Assembly (NCBI GenBank): GCA_000091205.1
Contig: AP006502.2
DNA: 64,000 nucleotides
Source: Cyanidioschyzon merolae
Taxonomy: Eukaryota
Reading direction: 5' to 3' (one strand)
Part shown: one piece after another, positions 34,427 to 45,773 of the stretch
How the letters are laid out: the number at the start of each line of letters is the position of its first letter
How positions within the stretch are numbered: the stretch's first letter is position 1
Position numbers and translations under genes: made by a program
The notes under the pieces: generated by a model
What the model was told of the DNA's origin: nothing
Database searches by the model: none
What the model saw: only the letters and a program-made list of their open reading frames with translations

Positions 34427-35343
34427 CAGCATTGCGGACATATGCGCGGCGGCAGGCCGCCCCAGCGTCTCGTGGCCAATCTCTCATGCTTTGGGGTAAC
34501 TGCAAGGTTACCGCCATTTCGAAAAAACCTATGATCAAGGCGGACGCTGTTACCATCAAGCTACCGAGCGCCCCGGATTGCTCTCGATGGGTCCTCTGTT
34601 GAGAATCTGGACTTGGCGGCACCAGCACGATACTATCCAGCTTCTTTGGTGGCGTTCAGAAATGACGCTTCAGAGACCCAGCGCCCTTTCGATAACGGTA
34701 GCCTGCCAAAGCCCGCACGCCTCGGTTCGCGAAACCATACTGCGTCCGTTCAGGCATCGCCGGCGCTCATTCTATCAGTCTAGCTCGTGCGACAACGGCG
34801 AGATAACCTCTAATGAGGGCCGTTTCTCCACCGCCCGTAAAGCATCAGCGTGTCGTTGTATTCGTAGACGGCACGGCGGGCGATCGTGGTGCGCTCTCTG
34901 AGTGACGCTCCGCGATAGCAGCAGGGGCGACGCTGGTCAAGCTTAGGTCGCAATTTGACTTGCGTTTCGATGATCGCCTTGGTCGTTGTTCAGTGCCGAG
35001 TGAGTGCTATTTGTATGTGCGAAGTAGCGAATGTGCGCTATCCCGCAGATGCTCATGACCTAGATTGATAGAGGAATATGGCATGTGCGCGCAAGCGCAG
35101 CGCTACGGCATCTCGCTGGCGGCGGCAAAGACGACTCACTCGCTCATCGCATGCCCAGCATACACCCTACTAGATACGCTCCGGTTCCGTACACATTTTG
35201 ACCACAAATCTGCGCGGTGTCACGGCTCCGTTCACGGCCTTTGTATGCCACGTCGACTAACTGAAAGCACAGCGGATCCTAGGTCGGAACAATAGATCCT
35301 TCATCTGCGAGCCATTGCCGTATCGATCACGTCATCAGATCGC

Positions 35344-36468
35344 TCAGGTTCGTGGTGATGCATGCCCCGTAGAGGCCGCGCTTTTGCCTACCGTGCGAAG
35401 CAGTCGAGTGTTGCTGTCGACATCGGCGGGCATCTCGACGTCACTGGGCTCACTTTCAGATCCGCTAAGACGCGACCCTGACCACGGGACCGATGTCGTT
35501 CCCTTGCTCTGAGACTGACTCTCCGATACGGCTTCCCGTGTCCACCAGAAAGACGCGAGTCTTCTTCTCAACCACGGATACACGCCGAAACACCACTCAG
35601 GATCATGCAGACGTTTCCAGTGCTCGGTCTGCAATTTTGAGAGATGCGCTGCAACCCAGCCCAACTGTTTCGTGCCGTGCCTAATAATTTTTCGGGACGC
35701 CCAGTTTATGAGCGATGCTGGAATAAACTTGATACGCGGATCGAATACACCCACCAGACGGACCCGAGTGCGACCCCGGGATACCGGATGCAGCTCGAAA
35801 CACGCTCGCGCTTCGACGGTGACGGAGCGTTGGTCTGCCACACGCTCGCGCATCCGTTCCGCTGCACGCCATGCCGCACCGTCAGCGGGGCGCACAGAGC
35901 GAATCACAATGTAAACGGACTGGCTGGGTTCATCGAGCGCATCAATGCCTCGCCCTACCAGGTAGATGGTGCGGTCCGCGAAGGGCCACGGCGCATAGAA
36001 GCGTGCGTAAACCGCACGTTGCACCCGTCCACTCGGAACCAGAAGTTTTATATCCCTCACATACCAAAAAAGCTGCCCGAAGAGATCCGGTTCAGCCAGT
36101 ACACAACAGAGGTTCTCGAGCGGTGCACTCAACTCCGCTGTGACGTGGTACTTGTGTAGGACACTGCCGGGAATCCTACGATATCGTACTATCATTCGTT
36201 TTGTTTGCACTGCTATTGAATAGGCGGGATCGCTTTCGTCATTTAAATCTTGGAGAAAAAGCGATAAGTCATCGGTTTCCCGGAAAATCTCCTCAATGAG
36301 GGGTCCGAAGCTCGCAGCACGCGCCGCAGTGATACCCTGCTGCACTAGAACTCGACGCGCAGCAAAGAGCTGCTCCTCCTCGTACAGCGCTCTGGCATCG
36401 GCTATCGCTGGGTTATCCCAGGCATCAAAATATATGCTATCTTCCGGGCCCTCCTCGAGTCTTTGCAT
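35344..36468 (-). CDS. START/Bet v1-like lipid-binding domain protein (StAR-related lipid transfer)
   Basis: IVRYRRIPGSVLHKYHVTAELSAPLENLCCV...WYVRDIKLL...RTIYLVGRGID...YIVIRSV...RACFELHP...RVRLVGVFDPRIKFIPASLINWASRKI follows the START-domain pattern by eye. ATG confirmed. Confidence 0.55.
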   Translation of the reverse strand: MQRLEEGPEDSIYFDAWDNPAIADARALYEEEQLFAARRVLVQQGITAARAASFGPLIEEIFRETDDLSLFLQDLNDESDPAYSIAVQTKRMIVRYRRIPGSVLHKYHVTAELSAPLENLCCVLAEPDLFGQLFWYVRDIKLLVPSGRVQRAVYARFYAPWPFADRTIYLVGRGIDALDEPSQSVYIVIRSVRPADGAAWRAAERMRERVADQRSVTVEARACFELHPVSRGRTRVRLVGVFDPRIKFIPASLINWASRKIIRHGTKQLGWVAAHLSKLQTEHWKRLHDPEWCFGVYPWLRRRLASFWWTREAVSESQSQSKGTTSVPWSGSRLSGSESEPSDVEMPADVDSNTRLLRTVGKSAASTGHASPRT

Positions 36469-38594
36469 GGACGAAGCACGTTAGCAGAGCCATACGGGCG
36501 GTATTCGCCATACGCAAACCCAGACGCTCTGAGGCCCACGCGCCTGCTGCGCTTCGTCGGCAATCGCGTCGATGATTTTTTTTCCGATGACAAAACATGT
36601 ACATTAATTCATGGATTCCGGATTGTGAGAGGGATATTGGCTTTCGGGAAAGCGTCCATCATGCTGCTGCACCCTACCACCGAGTTCCGTCAACTGTTCT
36701 CAGATGTACTGGTCGTTTTCTATGTTCCTCTGTTCGCAGAGTATCTGCTTTGAGCACCTGCCTTGGCGCCGACACCGGTGGAGCAGATGTATCACGGAGA
36801 GAGAACGGCTTTGCGATGCCACGGAGGGCGTCGGCTCGAGACATGATTCATTCAACACGGGGTCGGAGTACATAATTATTCCGGGAGCCTGCCAGCTGCG
36901 CAGACAGAAGTACTGCCTGCGGCAGTGCGAAGCGATTGACTTGGAGTCCACTGCGACCAGGGCGACGCCCAAACGCAGCATATCGGCTCCTGGTCACTGA
37001 ATAAACTGCGTTTCGAACGAGCTTCTCAGATCCCTTCACGGCACTAGGCACTGGGAAGAGCATGGAGCACTGGTCTGACAGACTCGTCCGGCTCGCTGGA
37101 CCTCTCGCCTAGATGATAAACTTTCGACAATGCGGAAAGCTTTCCCGCATTTCAACGCTTACCCTAGACAGGGAACGGGATAGTTATCTCGTTGCTAGTT
37201 AGAGGCTCGTTTTTGTTCCTATAAATGAATACAGGATAAACTAGTACCGACTCACGGGCACCGCGCAACCTTTTTTGGCCAACCCTATGCTTTAGATTTC
37301 AGTTTATGCGCACATGCTTCGAGACTGAGAGGGTGCCCCGCGAAGTGCGATCGCTTTAGCTCCTCGGATCTCGTCTTCAGCACCGCACATCGACTTATAT
37401 TGGTAGCAACGTTGAAGTCTCGATTCAGGAACTCCATGCATTAACTGATGCGGGTTGAACTCATCCATACAGGGTTTGCTAGAATTTGTGCCTTCTATGC
37501 AATTTGGTGCTCTGTCAGCTCGCCGTACTCTTATTTAGCCGAGGCGCTCCGCTGTCTTCTCCCTATCTCGACATTATGAAGTGAACACCTCAGCCCGTAC
37601 CGTAGAATATTAAAATGAACGCACTCCTTCATGCCCTTAGGTAGCGACAGTCCCCGAGCGAGAAGGACTTGCGGAAAGAGAAAGCAGGGGAATGGTGATT
37701 TACCATGTTGTCCAATCAAGGCCGTCGCCAGACCTGCAATGAAAACGTCTTCAATGATTCAACGGAATGGTTGGCGCTGTAGTTTGAGCCTTCTCTACGA
37801 GCCAAACTGAGGCTGCCAGATGAATCCACTGTAGCTAGAATAGATGAAGATGTCGTCATTCTCTACGTGCTCGATCGTACATACAACGGGCACTCTGCTC
37901 CCCGAATACCCATATACACTCCGATCCTTTCATCCGAAGCAAGTCTCATCGACTGAGAGAAAACAAACCGACTTCTCCGTCTTCACATCGACTGCAACGT
38001 TCCAGGAACGCTGTCGTTGCGATTCCGGTGCTAGTTGGCCGTGTGTGCATTAGGACGCTTTGTTTGTGTCTGTACATTAGTGTTTTCGGGACCAAACGAA
38101 CGACCCGTTGTGAAACATTGACACCCATGTCGGCTACGATCGTCGCATTTGCTTTTTATTACGTGCTCTATAAATCGTGTTCAACCGCCGACCGCAAGCA
38201 CGCCTAGGGGGTGGCAGTTTCTGATGCAGAGCGCATCTGTTTTCTTTCTATGATCCTGAAGCACCTGCGTTCTATTGTATGACCGACTTGAATGAGGAAT
38301 GCAGTCCTCCTTGCACTGTTCAGTATAGAATATATATCCTATAGGCAATTCGTCTACAGTCTATGCTGGGAATGGTGCTATGATTTCAATCCCCTGCTGT
38401 AAACTGCAGCCGGAGCAGTGCAAAACTGAGTAGAAAGCATACAGGAAATCAGCGCGCTTGGCGCGAACACGAGCGTGCACATCCGTGGCATGCACCCGCG
38501 GATCAGCAGCCAAGGGCACGCAGGCGTCTGATGAGGTTTCCCCCATTTCCCGACGGGATACACCAGAGCGTCTTCCGCGCAAACAGGCCCCTAC

Positions 38595-38655
38595 GTGTGC
38601 TTTCTTGTGCGTGTGCTTTCTTGTGCGTGTACGTGCGTGTGCTTTCTTGTGTGTG
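38595..38655. repeat. Tandem repeat of a 16-bp unit GTGTGCTTTCTTGTGC, about 3.5 copies
   Basis: Seen directly, 45 bp upstream of the ATG at 38700. Confidence 0.8.
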
Positions 38656-38699
38656 CTGCTCAGCCAGCGACCTTTCACACACGCAGTCTCGTTTACTGC

Positions 38700-39806
38700 A
38701 TGGTGGAACCGTGTGCCCCAACGCCTCTGGTACCTGAACCCGGGCTATCTGTGCCTACAAGTTCAGAGCAAGGTCCAGGAACTCCTGGAACGGAGCCGCC
38801 GCCGCTTGCAGCCGAGGATTCGAGTGACCTGTTGGAGCTTGAGCAGCTCGAGGCTACAGACCTGAACAGGTGGCAGGAGTTTGTCACCGATCCCAAGAGG
38901 AAAGCGTGTGTTCTGGCGGCGCGCTCGCTACGCACACTCAACAAGTCAAAGCTGCTGAGATACTACCTCAACGCAATCGTTCAGCGCTTCACGTGCGCGA
39001 ACTCGAAACCGAGCATTGTCGACGTACACTGGCTTATTCATTTGACCAATACCTTGGTGGAGAGATGTGCGAGTCAGCTTTACTCTGAGGAGCCTGAGAA
39101 CCAGGATCAGCATATGCTCAACGCAATGCGGCTGGCGATACGGACGGTCTCAGGGGCAGGCGCTGCGGTCATCCAGGCATGGATCCCAGCAATGCGCTCA
39201 GGAACGATGGCATGTTTGTTGGCTTTGGGCGCTGCCCCTGACCGCCTCGCTGGGGCTCTGCTGGATCGCGTTGTCCGCGAACCGTACCAGGAATCCGAAT
39301 ACGCTCTCGCTATTGGGGCTCTGGCGAGAAACGCCCCGCGGGCGTTGCTCTTGCACGAAGCTCTGGTGCAGCGTAACCCCGCGGCAATAGATGCGATTGT
39401 GTGCATGCGGGAGCGACTGGCTAGTGCTGGAAACAGTACCGCTACGATACAAGCGAATGCTACAGCAGAGACAGGATCTGACGAGCAGCTTTCGCATTGT
39501 ACATGGCTGGATGCGTTGACAAGGCTGGCGCGAAATGAGTTTGCCCTGTACGCTCTGGGTCTGGACACACGCATGACAGCAGAAGACGAAGAGCGCTTAC
39601 GTCTCGACACTGTTGAGCGCATCCGTGCAGCCTTTGATTCCCCTGATGTGTCGCTCCGAGCGAGTGCTGCTCTCGCGGCCGTGGAGGCGCTGCGCTCTGG
39701 CCAAGCACGTCATCCTTCGGAACTCTCGATTCCAACGTCTCTGAAACCGTTGCTGATCGAGATCATCCGACGGACGAAACGCAAGCGGGACGATGAGGTC
39801 TCCTGA
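38700..39806 (+). CDS. Hypothetical alpha-helical protein (368 aa)
   Basis: Track ORF starts at GTG 38595 inside the tandem repeat. The first ATG (MVEPCAPTP) is at 38700. Ala/Leu-rich helical repeats. No motif recognised. Confidence 0.4.
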   Translation: MVEPCAPTPLVPEPGLSVPTSSEQGPGTPGTEPPPLAAEDSSDLLELEQLEATDLNRWQEFVTDPKRKACVLAARSLRTLNKSKLLRYYLNAIVQRFTCANSKPSIVDVHWLIHLTNTLVERCASQLYSEEPENQDQHMLNAMRLAIRTVSGAGAAVIQAWIPAMRSGTMACLLALGAAPDRLAGALLDRVVREPYQESEYALAIGALARNAPRALLLHEALVQRNPAAIDAIVCMRERLASAGNSTATIQANATAETGSDEQLSHCTWLDALTRLARNEFALYALGLDTRMTAEDEERLRLDTVERIRAAFDSPDVSLRASAALAAVEALRSGQARHPSELSIPTSLKPLLIEIIRRTKRKRDDEVS

Positions 39807-41155
39807 CGAACTCAATCTAAGGCGCAGCAACTGCCGCAGTTGTCGACAGGCGCTAGGCAAGAACCTGGAACCTGTCATGCATCCGATATCATGAGGGATT
39901 TTCCGCGACACTTCTTATGTCCTGCTATCCGATCCAGAGGTGTGCTGCTGTCCGACCGAAAAGGAGCCTATCGCTCTTCGTTTGGGTGGTCAGTTTGGAC
40001 GGATGCAGCGAGCAACGATGGTCCGTGATCGCGGCAGAGCTCGAGTTGTGCTCTGAGTCGTCGCTTCGGCGTGCTACCACCAGTTTCGCGGCCATTTCTG
40101 CCGAACAGAATACCTGTCGGCTCCGTTCGTGCTGCATGGCAACTTCGAATGTTATGCTTCGCTTGGATCATGCTCGGATACCTGCGTTCTGCTTTTTTGG
40201 TCACATGGGATTGAATCGACCCTACCGAACCCATTCGAGGGCGGATCGATGCCAGCGAAGCGCAGATCGATCGCCGGCGTGTGCTCGGCAGAGAGCAGCA
40301 CCGCTCTCGCGAAAAGTCTCACGCTATGTCGCTACGTTCGCATGCGGAATGCCGACGCCCTCATTTCGTGCACATATGGATGAAATATTGGCCTGGGGGA
40401 TCATGGAGAGCGGTACTGGCTCTGGGGGCCGCTTTTGCAAGCGTGCGCAGAAACCGCTGCGCCACCCATGGGTGTACAACAGTCGATAACCGAGACCATT
40501 CGACCTCGGGTGGAGTTTTCTGCTGATTCGGGCTAAGAGTCGAGAGCCGTTCTCGTGGACGAGCTGGTCGCCAAGAGCTATGTGTTCCGTCTGCGTTTGC
40601 GCATATTGTAGACGGCAGCGAGCTTGCTCCATGATGCTCGATTTCAAAGCCAGCTGTGCCGAACGGCTGACGCTTTAAAACCAGAGTGTACGATGGCTTC
40701 GCGCGCGTCATTGAAACTTAACGAAGTAGATGCTGATCTACGGCGGCGAACGCTGTCGCGCACAGCGGCGTTTTTATGGATCATGGAACAAAACAAGCAT
40801 ACTGCAGTCGCTGTCCAGCCAGGAATCGGTTTTCATCGCTCGCAAATTCCCGCACAAATCGACAGCGGTTGCATATCGACTGGTTCAATGTTAGCTGGCG
40901 GATTCGGCATCAGGCGAGCATCGTGCTGTCTCAAGAGGATACCATCCAATACCGAGCAGTAAACAGCGCTTTATGGCAACAAGTACATACGCTTAGTGGC
41001 AGATGTCGACAGCCTGTTTGACACCTCCCTGTCTGGATTACTTTCGCCCTCACGCACGCACCGTCAAGTACCGAGCAGCAAACAGCGCTTTGCGGCGACG
41101 AGAAAGTACCTCTAGAAACGGGCTCTAGCATGCGCGTCGTTGCCGCTCCGGCAAG

Positions 41156-42130
41156 TTACTCCTGCGACGCGGAAGCAGGTGCTGACGCATCCGCATCATC
41201 CGTGATGACGATATCATCCAACATGATATACTGTGGAGCAGGACGCACAATGTCCGCACCAGCATCCCAGAGCAACTGTGCACTTACGGAGGTCGCGACA
41301 GCAACACAGCGCATTCTGGCGCGTTTTGCGGCCAAAACACCAGCTGGTGCATCTTCAATGACGACACAGGATTCAGGTGGAACCCCAAGCCCCTCAGCCG
41401 CAGCAAGAAATATATCCGGTGCGGGCTTTTTGTTCGCAATTTCATCCGAACGAGTCACAAAGTCGAACATATCACGCTCGAATCCGATCGCCGACAAGTT
41501 TGCGTGGACTTTGATAGCGTCCGCTGACGACGCTAGTGCGGTTTTCAAACCCATCGTCTTGATCTGCTGAATGAACTCACGTACCCCTTCAAAGGGCTCC
41601 AACGCTGAAACGTATTCATTGACGTAGATGTTGAAGAAACCCTCCTTTGCCTTATTGACGTCAAAGTCTTTGACGCTGTAGCGGCGGGCAACGCCACTGA
41701 GGAAAGCTGCCTCGCCGGTACCCGCGAAATCCGCGAAATCCTTCTCTGTAGGCCATACCCCGTGGTATCTTCGAAAATATTCTACACCAGCGGCACGACT
41801 GAGCCTCTCCGAGTCGCACAAGACACCGTCCATATCGAAGATGACGGCCCGCAAGTCCCGGTTCGTGGCAGCGGTCAGGTAGCTCTCGAGGATCGCGCCA
41901 GCGACCGCCGAAAAATTCCCTTCAGTCCTTTTAGCCATACTTACAAGGCGTTTATAGATCTCGGGTGTGATGTCCACGCGAGAAAGCCGGGCACCGCTGT
42001 TGGCACGGAGAAGACCAAGCCGCGGCCAAGCGCGCGCTTCTGGCGCCGTTGTTACACACCGGTGTCGAAACAACTCGCGTCGATATACCGCAGGTGCAAA
42101 ACCACTGACAAAACTTAGCGTTCCCTCCAT
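41156..42130 (-). CDS. HAD-superfamily hydrolase (subfamily IA, beta-phosphoglucomutase/phosphatase-like), with an N-terminal extension containing an RHH-like segment
   Basis: Motif I VIFDMDGVLCDSE, motif II region, and KPAPDIF...VIEDAPAGVLAAKRA motif IV. The N-terminal 95 aa are R-rich and include SRVDITPEIYKRLVSMAKRTEGNFSAVAGAILESYL. Confidence 0.8.
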   Translation of the reverse strand: MEGTLSFVSGFAPAVYRRELFRHRCVTTAPEARAWPRLGLLRANSGARLSRVDITPEIYKRLVSMAKRTEGNFSAVAGAILESYLTAATNRDLRAVIFDMDGVLCDSERLSRAAGVEYFRRYHGVWPTEKDFADFAGTGEAAFLSGVARRYSVKDFDVNKAKEGFFNIYVNEYVSALEPFEGVREFIQQIKTMGLKTALASSADAIKVHANLSAIGFERDMFDFVTRSDEIANKKPAPDIFLAAAEGLGVPPESCVVIEDAPAGVLAAKRARMRCVAVATSVSAQLLWDAGADIVRPAPQYIMLDDIVITDDADASAPASASQE

Positions 42131-42210
42131 ATCACCTTAATCAGAAGGTGAATTAAGCTGAATTGAACTGCTCGCTGCGAATAGAGACCTGCTCCACACC
42201 CGGAAATCGA

Positions 42211-43377
42211 CTAACTGGCGTTCGAAGCGTCCAGTGCATCCTGCAGATCGCGCAGCAGATCGCCGACTGCTTCAATGCCGACACTCCAGCGCACGAGTCG
42301 CTCGTCGATCCCGAGTCGTTCGCGCTCTGCCGCAGGTACGCTCTGGTGCGTCATTAACGCAGGTACCTCGATCAGAGACTCGACACCTCCAAGCGATTCC
42401 GCCAGCGTACTCAAACGCATCCTAGACAGGCACTCCGCCGCGTTATCCATGGAAAAGGCAATCATGCCGCCAAAGGCACCCGGGCGTGCTGCGTTTCGTT
42501 TCGCAACCTCGTGCTGCGGATGGCTCGCCAAACCGGGATAGATCACCCGGTGGATGCGTTTCGGCTCCATTCGGGAACGCTGCTCGAGCCATTCGGCAAT
42601 CTTCATCGCATTGTCGCAGTGACGTTCCATGCGCACGGCAAGCGTCTTCAAGCCGCGATGCACCAGGTAGCAATCGAAGGCGCTCGGCACGGCCCCGAGC
42701 GCATTCTGGAGGTAGCGCAGGCGATCAGCGAGCGCACGATCGCGCAGCGCAACCGCCCCCATGATGACATCGGAGTGGCCGTTCAAGTACTTGCTCATGG
42801 AATGCATAACGATATGAGCGCCCAATTTGAGGGGCTGTTGGCAATACGGTGTCATAAAGGTGTTGTCTACAACCAGCAGCACACGAGGGGGCGTTTGTTT
42901 TGCAACCATCGCGATATCTGTGACTCGTAGAGTCGGATTCGTTGGGCTCTCCAGCCATACCATGCGCGTATTGGGATGCTCTGCGAGTGCTTTTGGATAA
43001 GCGTCGCCTTCAAAGTCGATAAAGGAGAACGTTACACCAAAGCGGGCCGCCACGTTGCGGAAGTAACGCTGAGTGCCTCCATAAACGTCGTCAATACAGA
43101 TGACGTGGTCACCACTGCTCAGCAGGTGTAAAAGCGTCGTCGTCGCTCCGAGTCCGCTGCTGAATACGAACGCGAATTCTGCCTCTTCCAGGGCCGCGAT
43201 GCAGCGCTCTAGGTTCTCCCGTGTCGGGTTGTTTGAACGTGCGTAGTCGTAGTGCGAGCGCGGAGTGCCCGGTGCAAGTTGCGCGAAAGTCGTCGATAGA
43301 GATATAGGAGGAATGACAGCCCCGGTGGCTTCGTCAGGCTCTTGTCCTACGTGTATAGCTTTCGTTCCAAGATCCAT
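42211..43377 (-). CDS. Cystathionine gamma-lyase/gamma-synthase family PLP enzyme (trans-sulfuration)
   Basis: AIHVGQEPDEATGAVIPPISLSTTF, YARSNNPTR, PLP-lysine motif HSMSKYLNGHSDVIMG. Track start 43530 is TTG. The conserved start MDLGTKAIHVGQ (ATG) is at 43377. Confidence 0.85.
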   Translation of the reverse strand: MDLGTKAIHVGQEPDEATGAVIPPISLSTTFAQLAPGTPRSHYDYARSNNPTRENLERCIAALEEAEFAFVFSSGLGATTTLLHLLSSGDHVICIDDVYGGTQRYFRNVAARFGVTFSFIDFEGDAYPKALAEHPNTRMVWLESPTNPTLRVTDIAMVAKQTPPRVLLVVDNTFMTPYCQQPLKLGAHIVMHSMSKYLNGHSDVIMGAVALRDRALADRLRYLQNALGAVPSAFDCYLVHRGLKTLAVRMERHCDNAMKIAEWLEQRSRMEPKRIHRVIYPGLASHPQHEVAKRNAARPGAFGGMIAFSMDNAAECLSRMRLSTLAESLGGVESLIEVPALMTHQSVPAAERERLGIDERLVRWSVGIEAVGDLLRDLQDALDASNAS

Positions 43378-43592
43378 TGCAAAAGCGTATACGAAAATAC
43401 GAAACGCCGCTTCGATACGACGTGGCGCTAGCGTGACTTGCGTCTGGTCAGCGGGAGGCGTTGCGCGGTGGGCAGCTCGCTGGTGCCCCTCGTCCACTGC
43501 ATCACTGACGATGGTCTGCTCCTTGTACAAACTCTAGGTGATGTGTCTCTTCTCGAACGGATGAGGGCTTCTTAGCTGCTTGACATCTGAAA

Positions 43593-44822
43593 ATGGCCGG
43601 CGGAAGACCATGTTTGTTGTTTGGTGTCGCTTGTCCAGCTCTTTGCATCCCGTCGACACCTCCGGTGGTGGTCACGAACTGGAGAAGTCTCCGCTACGTC
43701 GCGCCGTACCTCTTTACGTACCGTGTCAACGTGAAAGAGCGCTGGCTCGGAACGACTCTGACCGATGTCTTCACGAAAGAGTTCTATGGAACGAGAGAGT
43801 TCTGGGCGAACCAAATGAAGCACGGGAGGCTCCTGGTCAACGGAGCGTCAATTGCGGCAGACTACGTGCTGCAGCCGGCTGACACAATCCTGAATACGGT
43901 ACACTTTCACGAGGCGCCGGTTTCAGCCACTGATGTACCACGAGTCATCGACGAGCAACCGGACTGGGTTGCGGTTTACAAACCTGCTGGCATACCCACA
44001 CACGTCAGTGGTCAATTCCGGTACCATTCCTTGACAGCATGGCTGAGCCGTCTCCTGAGCGAGCACCACCAACGCACAGCGCCGGCCCTGTACACCCTCT
44101 ACCGCCTCGATCGAGTGACATCCGGAGTCGTGGTATTTGCCAAGAACGTCGAGCTCGCGCGACGATGGCATCAGCATGCCTCGGGAGGCAACCGGTCTGT
44201 GCCACGCCATCGTAAGGTCTATCTGGCGCGCCTTCAGGGCCGCTTTCGCGAAGCACTTACCTGCAGAGTGCCGCTGCGCCTCGATCGAGGCGAACAAGGA
44301 TATGCTCGTTCGTTCCCCGATTTCCAATCAGGGAAGGCTTCCATCACACTGTTCAAGCCTCTGGGCTATGATACGCGAACGGACACGAGCCTCGTGGAGT
44401 GTGTACCTGTCACCGGACGTACACATCAGATCCGGGCGCACGCTGCGTTCCTCGGTCATCCGGTGGCGAACGATGCGCTCTATGGAGGCACGCTCGCTGC
44501 AGATGAATACACCACGGTCGTTGCCGATGCTATCGCCGGCATGTTGGGCACTGGGGAGTCGAGATCATCGGCAGAGCCGACGCTGATGCAGCTCTTTCCC
44601 GATTTGCAGGTCGCAGATCCACTCTGTCATCACTGTCCGTACGCTGCGCCTGTTCGGTGGCGCGAGGACCCGCTCTATCGGCAGCTGGGCATCTGGTTGC
44701 ACGCGCTCTCCTACCGCTATGATGATGATGATAACGCGCCGACAGCTCGCTTTAGTTGGCATGCCCAGACCGAGTGGCCATCTTGGGCTCAGAACTGCGC
44801 TTTAGAAACCGATCTCGCCTGA
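43593..44822 (+). CDS. RluA-family pseudouridine synthase
   Basis: HRLDRVTSGVVVFAK catalytic-Asp motif, TGRTHQIRAH, and an S4-like N-terminal region. ATG confirmed. The 3' end overlaps the convergent gene 44802-45764 by 21 bp. Confidence 0.8.
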   Translation: MAGGRPCLLFGVACPALCIPSTPPVVVTNWRSLRYVAPYLFTYRVNVKERWLGTTLTDVFTKEFYGTREFWANQMKHGRLLVNGASIAADYVLQPADTILNTVHFHEAPVSATDVPRVIDEQPDWVAVYKPAGIPTHVSGQFRYHSLTAWLSRLLSEHHQRTAPALYTLYRLDRVTSGVVVFAKNVELARRWHQHASGGNRSVPRHRKVYLARLQGRFREALTCRVPLRLDRGEQGYARSFPDFQSGKASITLFKPLGYDTRTDTSLVECVPVTGRTHQIRAHAAFLGHPVANDALYGGTLAADEYTTVVADAIAGMLGTGESRSSAEPTLMQLFPDLQVADPLCHHCPYAAPVRWREDPLYRQLGIWLHALSYRYDDDDNAPTARFSWHAQTEWPSWAQNCALETDLA

Positions 44823-45764
44823 ATCGACTATGTTCGTTGTGCGCACCTCGGGCAAGCATAGGTACGGCTCCTTACTGAGCGTATTCTGGGCATCAAGCGC
44901 GAGTGTCCCGCAACCGACCGCATCCAAAATATGGAAACGGGCGGAAAAACACGTGCGCGAAAGGCGCAGCAACTCGGCTCGATGAAGCGGCAAGCGTCCG
45001 TAGCGACCCATGCGCTTGACTTGTTGCACGAGGGCCTTTTGACCTTGGGTGAGGGCTCGAATCACCGAAGGTGGGCACGGAAGGGTGCGTAACCAACAGG
45101 AACCATCCGCTGCACGAATGTGGGTGTCGCGTTCGACCTGCTCACGAGTGGTTCCCCAGAGCGCTGCTTTGCGAGCTGGGTCCTCCAGCTCGGAGAGGCG
45201 CCTCGCGACTTGTTCCTCAATGAGGCGTTGATAGTCGGCCCGCCAGAGGATCGCGGGTCCACCCGGCACCGGTACCCAGCAAAGAATAAACTCAGCCTGA
45301 ACGTCACCGACGTCCGTGGGCTGCTGCGCAGCCTCCAAAAAGTCTGTCACACTGGAGTCATCGTGAACCAGCGCGAGTAGCTGCGAGCGCAGCACGAAAC
45401 CTAACAGGCGGCTATCGTTACGCAGCGCCCAGAACGCAGCCTCGGCGTCGCTCACTTCACGCACAAGCGTCCACAGGGTGTGGTCGACCTCATCGTCTGG
45501 AGTCTGAGAGTTGACGGACTCCGCAGTACCGGACGCGTCTTGCGATCGAAGCACTTTCGAGTGTCGTTTCAGTGACGTTGTTTCGACGACGTGCGTCCCG
45601 CGCGACGTACAGGCGGGTGCCGGCGCCCTGGAAAGCGAGTTTTCGTCGCTGGGATCCCTGTCCGCGCTGTTGACGAGCCTTCGACTCAATTGTCCACGTC
45701 GCTGCATGTCTCTGTCTCCATAGCGGACGTGCTCGAACAGTACCGGAAGATGTCGTGACCGCAA
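44802..45764 (-). CDS. Hypothetical protein (about 300-320 aa)
   Basis: Complete ORF. Track start 45764 is TTG, only 10 bp from the RimP stop. The first ATG is about 45707. No recognised motif. Confidence 0.35.
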   Translation of the reverse strand: MRSRHLPVLFEHVRYGDRDMQRRGQLSRRLVNSADRDPSDENSLSRAPAPACTSRGTHVVETTSLKRHSKVLRSQDASGTAESVNSQTPDDEVDHTLWTLVREVSDAEAAFWALRNDSRLLGFVLRSQLLALVHDDSSVTDFLEAAQQPTDVGDVQAEFILCWVPVPGGPAILWRADYQRLIEEQVARRLSELEDPARKAALWGTTREQVERDTHIRAADGSCWLRTLPCPPSVIRALTQGQKALVQQVKRMGRYGRLPLHRAELLRLSRTCFSARFHILDAVGCGTLALDAQNTLSKEPYLCLPEVRTTNIVDSGEIGF

Positions 45765-45773
45765 CGGAAATCT

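Noticed and set aside
37360-37400. ggatctcgtct resembling the 5S rRNA core (GATCTCGTCTGATCTCGG)
   Set aside because: The match is only about 10 nt. The flanking sequence does not continue the 5S consensus or its helices.
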